NCBI GenBank assembly: GCA_950097015.1
Contig: CATNEN010000001.1
Span: 1,488,001 to 1,552,000 of the forward strand
Source: Macrostomum hystrix
Lineage: Eukaryota > Animalia > Platyhelminthes
DNA: 64,000 nucleotides
Direction of reading: 5' to 3'
Shown in pieces: positions 46,304 through 56,961 of the stretch. The first letter of the stretch is position 1. Every line of letters begins with the position of its first letter. The translations under genes and the position numbers were made by a program. The notes beneath the pieces were generated by a model. It was not told the origin of the DNA. It ran no database searches and was given only the letters and a program-made list of their open reading frames with translations.

Positions 46304-48084
46304 CGTAGGGTGTCCCAGAAATAGCGGGAAAAATCGATGCACAGGCAAACTGGTGAAACATAGTTTATTGAAACTCACGTCACTGATAAATAAACATTCA
46401 GCAGTTCTAACGCTTTTTAAATTAAGTAAATATGTCAATTCATTAAAAAGTTATGGCTAAAATTAGAACAAGGGGTAGGGGGTAGAGTTACACCAAGTCA
46501 AGGCCAGCGGAATCGGTCACGCAGCATCGCCATCGCCGTCGACTGACGACTTTTCGACGAAGTCCCCCCCTTAGCTCGCAGCACTTAGTCCATCGCGTGA
46601 GAAGCGCATTGATGGCATCTGCATAAGCTCGACGCGGAATTTCGTGCAGCAGAACCCGCCTGACTTCACCTTCCAAGTTGTCGCGATGGTCAAAGATGCG
46701 CCCCCGCAGGTGCTTCTTTAACTGAGGGAAAATTGCGTAGTCGCAAGGAGCCAAGTCTGGTGAGTAGGGCGGGTGCGCAAGCAGATCAAAATTGAGTTCG
46801 TTGATACGATCAAGCGTTTTCTTGGCCGTGTGAGGTCGAGCGTTGTCGTGCAACAGGAGGTGAGGCTTCATCGCAGTCCTGCGCTTGTTGCGGATGTCCG
46901 ATTTCAGCTTAGTCAGCGTCTCCGTGTACCGGTCCGAGTTAACCGTGCTGTTAGGCTCAAGGAAGTCGATGGTCAGGGGACCTTCTTGATCGAAGAAAAG
47001 GGTCAGCATGATCTTCTTGCAGTGCTGGTCTCGCTTCGCCTTCACAGGTGGATCTGAACCCTTCAACGCCCACACCTTGCTTTCCTGCTTGGTCTCAGGG
47101 TCAAAGTGCGGTATCCAGGTTTCATCGCCGGTCACCAGATAGGGTCGGAAACTCTCCCATCCACCAGCATCACGCACCAGCTCAAGATTCTCCCTGCAGG
47201 ACTTCATTCTTACAGTTTTCATTTCTTCTGTCAACAAACGGGGCACCCATCTCGCCGTCAGTTTCACCATACCAAGATCCACAGACAAGATCCGATGAAT
47301 TGAAGTTTTTGGACTTCCCAGTCGATCCGCCAACTCTCTTGCAGTCAAACGGGGATTTGCCTGTACGATTTCCTTCACCATTTGAATCAGTGCCTTTGTT
47401 GATGGAGAGATCGGACGGCCACGGTTGGCTGTGTCATCGGCAACGTCTGTTCGCCCATGACTGAACTCTTCAAGCCAGCGATAGACAGCACTCTTCGAGA
47501 TGGCACTCACTCCGTAGATTTCAGTCAGCTGGCTTACAATTTCACTGCCTCGCTTGCCCAATTTCCATTGGGAGTACACGAACTGGCGCTGACCTTCTTT
47601 GGACGAAACGTTAAACATTGAACGATTGAACAAGGGAAAATGAAAAAAATCCAAACTCAACAGCGGCGTCTTGTCGAGGCGCACAAAATGTCGATATTCG
47701 CGATGTCGATCGTGCTTGCTGTCGTTGGTGCCACGGGTATTTCTTGCGTCAGCTTCTGCATATTTTGATTCTGGTGCTCACGCTTCTCTGCTCGTCTGTT
47801 GCCTTTTTCTGCTTCTGTTCACTGATGCTTCTGCTCATTTTCTTCTGTCGCAAAAATTTTGTCTAAGGACAAACTTAGGTTGGGCCTTGACTTGGTGTAA
47901 CTCTACCCCTTACCCCTTGTTCTAATTTTAGCCATAACTTTTTAATGAATTGACATATTTACTTAATTTAAAAAGCGTTAGAACTGCTGAATGTTTATTT
48001 ATCAGTGACGTGAGTTTCAATAAACTATGTTTCACCAGTTTGCCTGTACATCGATTTTTCCCGCTATTTCTGGGACACCCCTCG
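46304..48084 (-). mobile_element. Mariner (DD34D) DNA transposon with ~202-bp TIRs and TA target duplication
   Basis: TA at 46302-3 and 48085-6. TIRs 46304-46505 and 47883-48084 differ at about 3 positions. Internal transposase gene. Confidence 0.95.
46488..47618 (-). CDS. Mariner transposase (DD34D), probably frameshifted at the extreme C-terminus
   Basis: Motifs WVPRLL, TGDETW, HDNARPH and HPPYSPDLAPCD; 34 residues between the 2nd and 3rd catalytic D. ATG at 47618 (MFNVSS). Confidence 0.92.
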   Translation of the reverse strand: MFNVSSKEGQRQFVYSQWKLGKRGSEIVSQLTEIYGVSAISKSAVYRWLEEFSHGRTDVADDTANRGRPISPSTKALIQMVKEIVQANPRLTARELADRLGSPKTSIHRILSVDLGMVKLTARWVPRLLTEEMKTVRMKSCRENLELVRDAGGWESFRPYLVTGDETWIPHFDPETKQESKVWALKGSDPPVKAKRDQHCKKIMLTLFFDQEGPLTIDFLEPNSTVNSDRYTETLTKLKSDIRNKRRTAMKPHLLLHDNARPHTAKKTLDRINELNFDLLAHPPYSPDLAPCDYAIFPQLKKHLRGRIFDHRDNLEGEVRRVLLHEIPRRAYADAINALLTRWTKCCELRGGLRRKVVSRRRWRCCVTDSAGLDLV

Positions 48085-48599
48085 TAGAAGAAGAATCATT
48101 TCTTGGAAAAAATTATTCAATGCTGATTTTCACCGAAAATACACTAACGAGATAGGAATTGTTCACGTTTTTAACATAAAAATGTTGACAACTTTTTATT
48201 GGAAGCAAATCCAGTGCTGTTCTTTTAATATATCCAGCAAAACATGTTGCTTCAAGGAATTTTAGAAAACTTCATTTACAAATAACTGACTATTTTACTA
48301 TTGACTATCTTCACTATTTTATTCTTGCTTATTTATCATGAAACACATTAGCAAATAGTGGCTTACTTACTTAATTGCAGGGGGACATGGGGAACTTAAT
48401 GCACAAGCATAGGAACAGCATGCACCCATGCTGGTAAACTAGGCGGAAGTTGCCCATAGCGCCATCTAGACCTTTGGACCTGTACCTCAGACACAACAGC
48501 AAGCCAAGCAGGGAAGGGGGTGGCATTCAGAGTGCCTCTCACCCTTGGCCTGCACACACACAGAGCAGAGAGCAGACCAAACCAGTGGAAGACTTAGAT

Positions 48600-48871
48600 C
48601 ATACATGCGCAACCTCCCAAATCTTAGCCGGCCTTGCGACTTAGTTTTTGCTCTCATTTGCGACTTAGTTCGTTTCATTGCTCTATTTACGACTTAGTTT
48701 GCTCTCATTTGCTCTCTTTTTCTCTCCCCTTTTTCCTTTTCTTCACGCCTTCCTTTTTTGTCCCTTGGTCCCCCCTTTGATTTTTTTGCGCTTGGTTGAT
48801 TGGTTTTTGCGGCTTACCTTGCTTGGCCCTCGTTTCACCCAGCCGGTTTGGCTGGGTGTTGTGCATGTATG
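48600..48871 (+). mobile_element. 272-bp hAT-type MITE, copy 1
   Basis: TIR CATACATGCGCAAC...GTTGTGCATGTATG; perfect 8-bp TSD ACTTAGAT. Confidence 0.9.
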
Positions 48872-50207
48872 ACTTAGATGCCTAAGACAGCTGGTGAAAC
48901 CTCACTGCTCAGAGCACACATGACTGGTGCACACCTGCCCCACCCCCATACAATGCCTCACACATGGCACAACACACATAACACAAACTCAAACAAGCAG
49001 GCATGCAGAAGGCAGGGGTTAAGCTATTTTAAATTAACTTTGGTTGCACATAATGAGGTGCATCTCCACAGCTTACTTCTTCACAAACCTCCAACCAAGG
49101 CCTAAAATAATCATGACTTGGAGGGAGGAACAAATCAGCGACCATAGGAAAGTATGACAGCAACATTAGTTAGCAACATAGTGTTATCTTTAAGATTTGT
49201 TTTAATACTGTATTTTACTAAAATAAAAAAAATATTTATAATATATATAATATGTATCGCGCAGAAATATAAAAATATAACTAAGATATAGTGCAAAAAT
49301 AATATTGGACTGTCACATAAGCTAATTCAATTGTCACTAATTGAACAGTAAAAGAAATAGCAGGCCCAACTCTGAATGACATTTAGCATTTTTTATTAGA
49401 CTACAAGTCTACAACTTAGGCCTATGAAGCAGAAGACGAGTTTAAAGAGAAAAAATTCAATGCTGAAGCTTGACTCAGATGACATACAATTGGCAGAGAT
49501 TACAAATTTATATAGAGTCAACATGTCTTGTTAAATAAGAGACAGCTCAATGAAACATATTTTAAGTTTTTGTATATGATATCTCATTGTGTTTTTTTAT
49601 TAAAAATACAAAAAGACAAGCCCTGTCACATTAAAAAATATTGAAAAGTATGTGGTGAGATATGCAATCATAAAGAGTAATATTGATGGTTTCTAATTAT
49701 CCTATGCACCTACAAATTATAAAGCTTGTCTTAGGGACAACACTTATTAAAAAAACATGATTATAATATCAGTTTAAGTTGCAATCAATTTGTGATAAGC
49801 TTTAATAGACAACACTAACCCCCTCCTATGTCTATTATGGCCATTTTACTATCACCTAATGTGCACCATTGCGTGGTGATTTGTAAGTAAAGAAGAAGAA
49901 GAGGTTTGCTCATAATATAGTTAAGCACTAATTTCTGAACCTTAACTTAATAATGCAGGGACCTTATTTATATATGAAAATAGCAACAATATAAGGCAAG
50001 ACCCTGAGCAAAATTGACACACAAAATTCATAAATAAACAGAAACATGATTATCTTCTCTACAAGCCTTCCTAAATTGCTTCTCTTATGTTAAGGACTTA
50101 GGTTAGGTCTGGAATATTCGAGTATATAATGCAGAATGATAATAATAATATAAAGCAGAATATTATTTGCATGACTATTGCAATGTGATATCCGCAAAAA
50201 TACTTAC

Positions 50208-50255
50208 TTTTCCTTTTCCATGACTTCAATAGGCCCGAGGCCAGATATCAGATAC
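50208..50255 (-). CDS. Probable upstream exon of the centrosomin-like gene (ATG at 50221, MEKE-N...)
   Basis: Flanked by a tag acceptor (50256-7) and a gtaagt donor (50202-7). Its phase-2 end joins the 46129 acceptor in frame (MEKE|NFNPLVYDSRMSDVY). A further candidate exon lies at ~50619-50648 (ttcag ... gtgagt). Confidence 0.45.
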
Positions 50256-51274
50256 CTAGATCTACTTAAGATTAATTAGATTTGCAAAACCAGCAAATAA
50301 ATAGCGGCAGGGAGCTACGAAATAATTTAAAATTTCAGGAAAGGCGTGTACAAAATCAATTTCAATTTTTTATCTAGGATGAAAAGTTCAAGAAACAACT
50401 TTAAATCGCAAGAAAGTTGTTTTTTTACAATGAGTCTAGACTCTAGAGTATAAAGCTAACGCAATTGTATTTCATGCACATTGTTCCCGTTTGTATTATC
50501 AGAATACAGGTGTTCAACTGCAGATTGATAACATCGTATTGATATAACGCTTTTAAATGTTAACAAAATCAGTTGCTTTTGTTTAAAATATACAAAGGTA
50601 AGGGTAAAGAAAACTCACGTAGGTTTGCAAACTTCTTGTTTATAATGTCTGAAAGGTAATTTAGATTTTTAAGCAGTCAAATTGCATTAACGTGTAAGGT
50701 ACTTATTCAATATATCATTAAGTCATCATTATTTTTCAGGGTCCTTTAAAAATGACCTTTGTATTACGCCGGTATTGTTTATTTTACTTTTTATTATTAT
50801 TTCGTAAATTTTAGTTTGACACTCCAAGAGAGTGAACATTTAGATCTATGGACGCCATGTTTAGTGGCTGTAATATATTTGCACGGTTTTCATTGATAAT
50901 TTTGATACCAATTATACCAATACCAATACCAATATGTCATAATCCCAATGGCAATGCCATCTTTGGCACTGACGACTGGCTTACTGCATTTTGCAATTAG
51001 CGGATTAAAGAGAAAAAAAATAGAGCCCTTTATAACTAAAGGTTTCTCAAGTGAATCAATTCAATAGCTCGGCCTTCTTTTCATCTTTTGTTCATCATAG
51101 GTCATAACAAATACTAACTTTATGTTAGGCCTAGGCCCCTAGTATTGTGAGTTTTAGCTATTGGTTAGCTTCGACCTTTAAAGTTTGAAACCCTTCAAAA
51201 ATTAAAAACCATACAGTTGGCTTTGCCTTTTATTTCATGTTCATTTGATAATCCTCTAGTTTATTAATAATAAT

Positions 51275-51718
51275 AGGTAGTTGTTATTTGTCCAGTTAAC
51301 CAGACAAATAGCGTTTGATTATTCGTCCGGTTAGGCCTAACCACCCAAGGACTTATTTTCTCCCCTTTCAACGAGCAGGAGCAACAATCCTCCCAAAGAC
51401 CACTCTTGACCTGCCGAGAGCCATCTTGAGTCTTGACCTCACAAAGACCAAACTATACCCTTGAATAGTTAAACTAAGTTAGTCCCTGAAACAACCGAAT
51501 TTCTGGAAAAGGTTTTCATTTTTTTAATAAACTGATGAGCAAAAATAATTTGAGACAAACTTCAAATCTGAATTACTGTCCTTTTGTAGCTTGTTAATTA
51601 TGTTATCTTACAAATGACAGAGGTTCTCGTGGTAGCAATAGAACCCCTTATAACTTAATTATAAGTTATAACTTGGTTAACCGGACAAATAATCAAATTG
51701 TCCGGTTAACAACTGCCT
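51275..51718. mobile_element. MITE-like element with imperfect terminal inverted repeats
   Basis: AGGTAGTTGTTA...TAACAACTGCCT termini plus subterminal inverted TTGATTATT(C/T)GTCCGGTTA. Internal palindrome at ~51648-51671. No clean TSD. Confidence 0.55.
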
Positions 51719-52092
51719 TATTAATAAGATTTTTAACTGGCATCTAATCCTTTAGATTCCCACTCTTAAAATTAGTTTGACCCTAGTTTTGAACTTTTTA
51801 GACTCCTGAGGCAATGAAAATGAGTTATAGAGGTTATAGAAGTACAAAAGTAGTTCAAGTTTGGACTACATAAGGTAGTAGTGCATTATCTAGTAGAGGA
51901 TATTGCAAAATTGTCATTTGGGAAAAGCTCGGCGCCACATGAACTCCTGCATGTTTGTGGTGAACTAATTGTCACTGGTCCCATAGATAGCTCGAAATTT
52001 GGCTTTGCAATGGGCCCACATTCCCTTGATAGTATTTGTGTGTGCTGCAGAGTTGTAAGGGCCCTGAAGTGCAGCAAATGGTTGACCATTAG

Positions 52093-52364
52093 CATACATG
52101 CGCAACACCCGGCCAAACCAGCCTGGTGAAATGAGGGCCAAGCAAGGTAAGTCGCAAAAACCAATTGACCAAGCACAAAAAAATCAAAGGGGGGACCAAG
52201 GGACAAAAAAGGAAGGCGTGAAGAAAAGGAAAAAGGGGAGAGAAAAAGAAAGCAAATGAGAGCAAACTAAGTCATAAATAGAGCAATGAAACGAACTAAG
52301 TTGCAAATGAGAGCAAAAACTAAGTCGCACGGCTGGCTAAGATTTGGGTGGTTGCGCATGTATG
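52093..52364 (-). mobile_element. 272-bp hAT-type MITE, copy 2 (inverted relative to copy 1)
   Basis: Reverse complement of 48600-48871 with scattered substitutions; its own perfect 8-bp TSD ACCATTAG. Confidence 0.9.
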
Positions 52365-53171
52365 ACCATTAGGTAATGACCAATGTTTGAAAAGTTTGAA
52401 AATGGGTCAAAATAATTAAGAGTGGAAATCCAAAGGATTGTTGTTTAACCATTTTTATTTAATTATTATACTTTGATTTTGCTGGAAATAAAAATGAGGA
52501 AATAGGTTTACTGGACTAGATAATCACTAACTTCATAGATATCTAGTCAGATCTGGGTAAACTTATCAACTTTTATGTATATTGACAAATTTTTACTCAA
52601 TCCAACTGTAATAACTTTGCTTGACTAAACCTAAGTATTCTAAGTAGCAACCAAACCAAATAACTGTACAGTGTAATATTATCACTCAAAATAAGCTAAT
52701 TGTTTCATATATTTAATTGGTGTTCCTTTGAAAATTTAGTTAATTAAATATAGCAATAATAGTTGTTTTCAATGTGAGAAATGTTTAAAAGTTACAAATT
52801 ACAATTGCTATGTATGTATGTGTTTCTGTACACTACCCAGAGTACATTTGTATGCAATTTAAAACAGAAATTTAACTTGTCATGCAAAGTAAACTATTCA
52901 TTTTTTTGGTGTGCACACAGCCTGATCCAAATTATTGATAAAATTATGAAATGGGATGGTCAAACTAGACAGAAAAGAGAGACAAGAAAGGGAATGAACA
53001 AGTACATAGCTGCAGCATCTTGACCTTGTCAAAGATGACCTTGATCTTGACCTTGACCTTGATCTTGACCTTGACCTTATTATAATTTTATGGTCCACTA
53101 ATGGTTCTTTTACTATTGATTTTTATTTACCTAATGAAATGTGGCTTTACAGTTGCAGCCACACAATTTTC

Positions 53172-54101
53172 ATGGAGATCACAGTCCGCTGTCCTTCTGG
53201 TCGCGAGCAGGATGTTAGCGTTCGTTGCCAAGCAGACTGGCGCGTGTTCGAACTGAAGCAGCACCTCAGCGAGGTTTACCCAGGCCAGCCGGCAGCCGAT
53301 ACTCAGCGCATCGTGTTCGCCGGTCGGTTGCTTAGCAACGAGGAGCCACTTGGCCAGGCTTTAGGCGGTCAAACCCCGTCTAGAATTGTTCACCTGGTGC
53401 TGCCAGGCGGTGCCGCCGCCTCGCCGAATCGCTGCTTCAGCGCCCCGGCGATGACGCAATCGCCGGCCGCTGCTGTGCCGACATCGACCTCCTCAGTGTC
53501 GGCGTCCTCTGAAGAGCTGGCCCAAATGTGGCGCGAATATTCGCAATATGTTCACAGTCATTATCGAGACTGTCTGCTAAATAGGCAGCCGCAGCAACAG
53601 CAACAGCCGCAGCCGCAACCGATTCCCATTGCTCCAGATCCTGCTGCCGATGCTGATGAAGCCGATGTAGACGGAGCTATCGTCCTCGGCGGCCGCGCCG
53701 GGGGCATTCGCGAATGGTTCCACATTGCTGTTCGCTGCGCCCTGATGTCTATAATCATCTTCTATTATAGTTCAGGTGGCAAAGCTGTGTCAGCCTTTGT
53801 CATCTTCTTTGTCATGCAGGCGATTCAGGGCGGTTTCTTTCACAGATTGTTGGTTAGAAATCCGCCTGCTGCTGATGCTGCTCCTGCGGCTGTGGCACCT
53901 GCGGCGCCAGTGCAAGCCGAAACTCCTGAAGGTGCGGAAGCTTCAACAAATCCTCAGACTGTAAATGCGCAGCAGCAGCCGCCACGCGCCGCCACCCTGA
54001 CAGAAACTTTGGCTGCCATCCTCGATGCCTTACTGACCGCCCTGGTAACCTTCGTCACCTCGCTGGTGCCCGAGCGTCCGCCGCCATTGGCTAACCAATG
54101 A
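53172..54101 (+). CDS. HERPUD: HERP/HERPUD-like homocysteine-inducible ER membrane protein with N-terminal ubiquitin-like domain; single coding exon
   Basis: UBL 'MEITVRCPSGREQDVSVRCQADWRVFELKQHLSEVYPGQPAADTQRIVFAGRLL', hydrophobic segment 'ALMSIIIFYYSS...FVIFFVMQAIQGGFF' and C-terminal 'TFVTSLVPERPP' all match the HERP family pattern. The ORF-track ATG at 53139 lies upstream of an acceptor-like ctttacag (53152), so ATG 53172 is preferred. Confidence 0.88.
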   Translation: MEITVRCPSGREQDVSVRCQADWRVFELKQHLSEVYPGQPAADTQRIVFAGRLLSNEEPLGQALGGQTPSRIVHLVLPGGAAASPNRCFSAPAMTQSPAAAVPTSTSSVSASSEELAQMWREYSQYVHSHYRDCLLNRQPQQQQQPQPQPIPIAPDPAADADEADVDGAIVLGGRAGGIREWFHIAVRCALMSIIIFYYSSGGKAVSAFVIFFVMQAIQGGFFHRLLVRNPPAADAAPAAVAPAAPVQAETPEGAEASTNPQTVNAQQQPPRAATLTETLAAILDALLTALVTFVTSLVPERPPPLANQ

Positions 54102-54254
54102 GCCGCCTTCTTTGTTTTATTGAATTTTTGTCTACCGCGTAACAGTCAGCGGGTGATTTAATTGCACTTCTTTGAATATATTTATTTTTAGTTTAATGCT
54201 GGTGTCCTTTTTGACTTGACAGTTTTCTAGTTATCTAGGCCCTTCTTAGTTGTT

Positions 54255-54480
54255 GGGTATATTGTACAGATTGGATAATGGATTGTGCAGATTAGATAAT
54301 GGATTGTGCAGATTGGATAATGGATTGTACAGATTGGATAATGGATTGTGCAGATTGGATAATGGATTGTGCAGATTAGATAATGGATTGTGCAGATTGG
54401 ATAATGGATTGTGCAGATTGGATAATGGATTGTGCAGATTGGATTATATGTTGGGCAGATTGGATTATATATTGTGCAGA
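54255..54480. repeat. 21-bp minisatellite after the HERP stop (TTGTGCAGATTGGATAATGGA)
   Basis: ~10 copies. Confidence 0.9.
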
Positions 54481-55312
54481 TTTAGTTTTACAATCGATAA
54501 ACAAATGTTTATGTTGCAAATCCTCTATATTTTTCCTCGTATATTCAACTAACTTGGATTTTATTTGATGGTATGATTGTTTTTAAGTCTATTACTTTGT
54601 GTCTCAATTGTTTGAGTTCATAAATTTGTCCAAATGTGGACACACAAAGCTATTGTTATCAAACATGCAAACAATAAGATAGTTATGCAAATTGTTAATT
54701 AATTTCTGCATAAATCAAATCAATGGCATGCTTATAAATTTTTTTTGTAGAAAAGCAAAAATGGAAGCGTTTTAGTTTGAAACCCTTCTTGGTCACAGCG
54801 TGTTGCCCTTAAAAATGTATTTCTGTTTTGATTTTTATGTTGAATTCAAGTTAAGACTACTGGGATCGTTGTACAAATTTGCAGCAGTAAAATGGTTTCA
54901 CCAAAGTATAGTCCTCGTCTTTAATTATTCATTCATGCAAATTATTGTGTTCTTTTTTGTTATAAATCGGTCATCTTTTTAGCGCGGTTTCGGTTCGCAC
55001 TATCTATTTTAGTTATTCCCGAGAGGAATGTACGAAATTAAAAGAAACCAAGTCTCTATTGCAGTCTTTAATTTCGCTTCAAAAGACCCGCTACTGCCTA
55101 CTTTGCTTATTATTCGCGAACTAAAATTTTCTTTAATAGAAGAAGACGACAAAGGAAAAGTCAGTTGTAATATGAAGAAAATTAGGTTCCTGCTGACGGC
55201 ATATTTTTTTATCTATTTCCGCTCAGATGTACTGCCGCAGCCACCGGACTAAGTTTAGCTTATGAAATTAAACCAATGCTTTTGTTGCTTTTATTCTTTA
55301 TTTACTACATAA

Positions 55313-55610
55313 GGAGGTTGTAGCCTAGTGGTTAGAGCGTCGGACTCACGACTTGAAGGTCGGGGGTTCGATTCCGGACTGCACTGGAACACTTTGTGTC
55401 CTTTAGCAAGACACCTTAACTCTGCATTGCTTCAGTTCACCCAGCTGTTAAATTGGTACCAGCATCAGCTGGGATAATTGAATTTGGGTGTGGCGTCCCC
55501 TCAGTCCATGGACTGAACAGCTGTACGCTGCCTTCAGATGCGCCACGAAATAGCCGCGGCTGTGCTCCCGGCTGCACATCTGGTCCAAGTGGGGCAGGTG
55601 TCACCAATTC
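55313..55610 (+). mobile_element. tRNA-derived SINE, family A (CORE-like central domain)
   Basis: Pol III A box TAGCCTAGTGG and B box GGTTCGATTCC, then TGTGTCCTTTAGCAAGACACCTTAACTCTGCATTGCTTCAGTTCACCCAGCTGTTAAA (CORE-like). Several copies in the window. Confidence 0.8.
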
Positions 55611-56881
55611 AAAAAAATCAATTACACAAATATCTAGTGCTTGTAGTGCAGTGCAGAAGAAAGTAGTAAGTAAGTAGTAATAATCAAGTAGTAAATACTT
55701 TATTTACTACTTGAATAGTACTCAAATGCGGGTTTTGTGGATATTTTACTTAAGTGAATATGTCATGCGACGATTACTACTTACGAGTAGTATCTACGGT
55801 TTCTGTGGCGCATACTCGGAATCTTTGTGATTATTTAAAAAACATTTCGTTTATTTCTTTCTTCTCTACGTCTCCCTTTGTCCCCCATGCATCCCGTCTT
55901 GCCTTTTTGCTACCCTTATTATCCAGCTGTCCATTTCTTCCCTAATTTCTTCCCCATACCTTAAATCCTTAAAGTTCGGGCTCCACGGGCTTAAAGTTCC
56001 ACTCGCCGTCTTTTCCCTGTCTTCGACTTTCGTTTTGGACTTTCGCCTTGTTTTTCAAACGGTAATGCACACTTCATCTGTTTTGTATCAATGTTAGAAT
56101 GCGTCGCAAACAGTTAAAAAACATGTTCGCACGAAATTTGAACTGGTTTACATTAGGTGTTAAAAGCTGGCTACTTTTTGTTGGGCATACTTTCTGTTTG
56201 TGTTTAAGCCTTAAAGGACAGGATAACACTGAGAGGACAAAAGGCGAAAGGGCAATTTTTGGCCTCATCTGTTGCAGTGCTAAGTTCAAGTTGAAGACAA
56301 GGCATCGAAACGGCATATTTTGCTCGGCACGTGACACCAGATTTCTAAACAACAGCAAAATACTAGTTTAGCTTTAAAAAACCTGCTTGGCAACCGTAGT
56401 AGAACGTGTTTATTGCTTCAAGTAGGCGTCGTTAAAAAATCCATGAAAAATAAATGACGCATGTACTCATAATACAGTACCAGATTAGCTAATGCAGCCG
56501 TGAGGATAGAATGCTAATGCACGTACTCTTCTCCTAGTGAGAGAAGTGAGAACGGTTAGATTGGTGCGCACTGTGCACCCGCAAAGTCCCCCGAAGTCAC
56601 TTCTCGTCTCCCTTCATCAGCTTATATCCTGTTCAAACTGGATTTCGCAGGACGCAGTCCAAAATGTTGGATGGGGGGCTGGGGTTAGGGGAGAGGAGTG
56701 GCGCTGGCCTATGATGTACATTCAATTTTCTATCGCTGTACATCTCGGGGTCCTTTCTAGGCTAAGCGTTCTATTTTTAGAACAGCCCCGGTTGGGGTTG
56801 ACAGTTTGCCGGGGTGACCAGTATAAACTGGTGAAACGCACGCGTGTTTTCTGGCAACTACAACTAGTGCACGGGTCGGTG

Positions 56882-56890
56882 TATATAAAT
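56882..56890 (+). promoter_or_regulatory. Candidate TATA box of the MFS transporter gene
   Basis: TATATAAAT ~80 bp upstream of the ATG G|gtaagt first coding exon. Confidence 0.45.
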
Positions 56891-56961
56891 ATAGTACGCA
56901 AACGCTATAGCGGATTTTCCGTAACAAAGGGAGTCGGTACTCTATTTTTTTGCAACGGAAA

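Noticed and set aside
55313-55390. tRNA gene (also at 61946 and 10083)
   Set aside because: A and B boxes are present, but the acceptor and anticodon stems pair poorly and each head continues into a shared SINE body.
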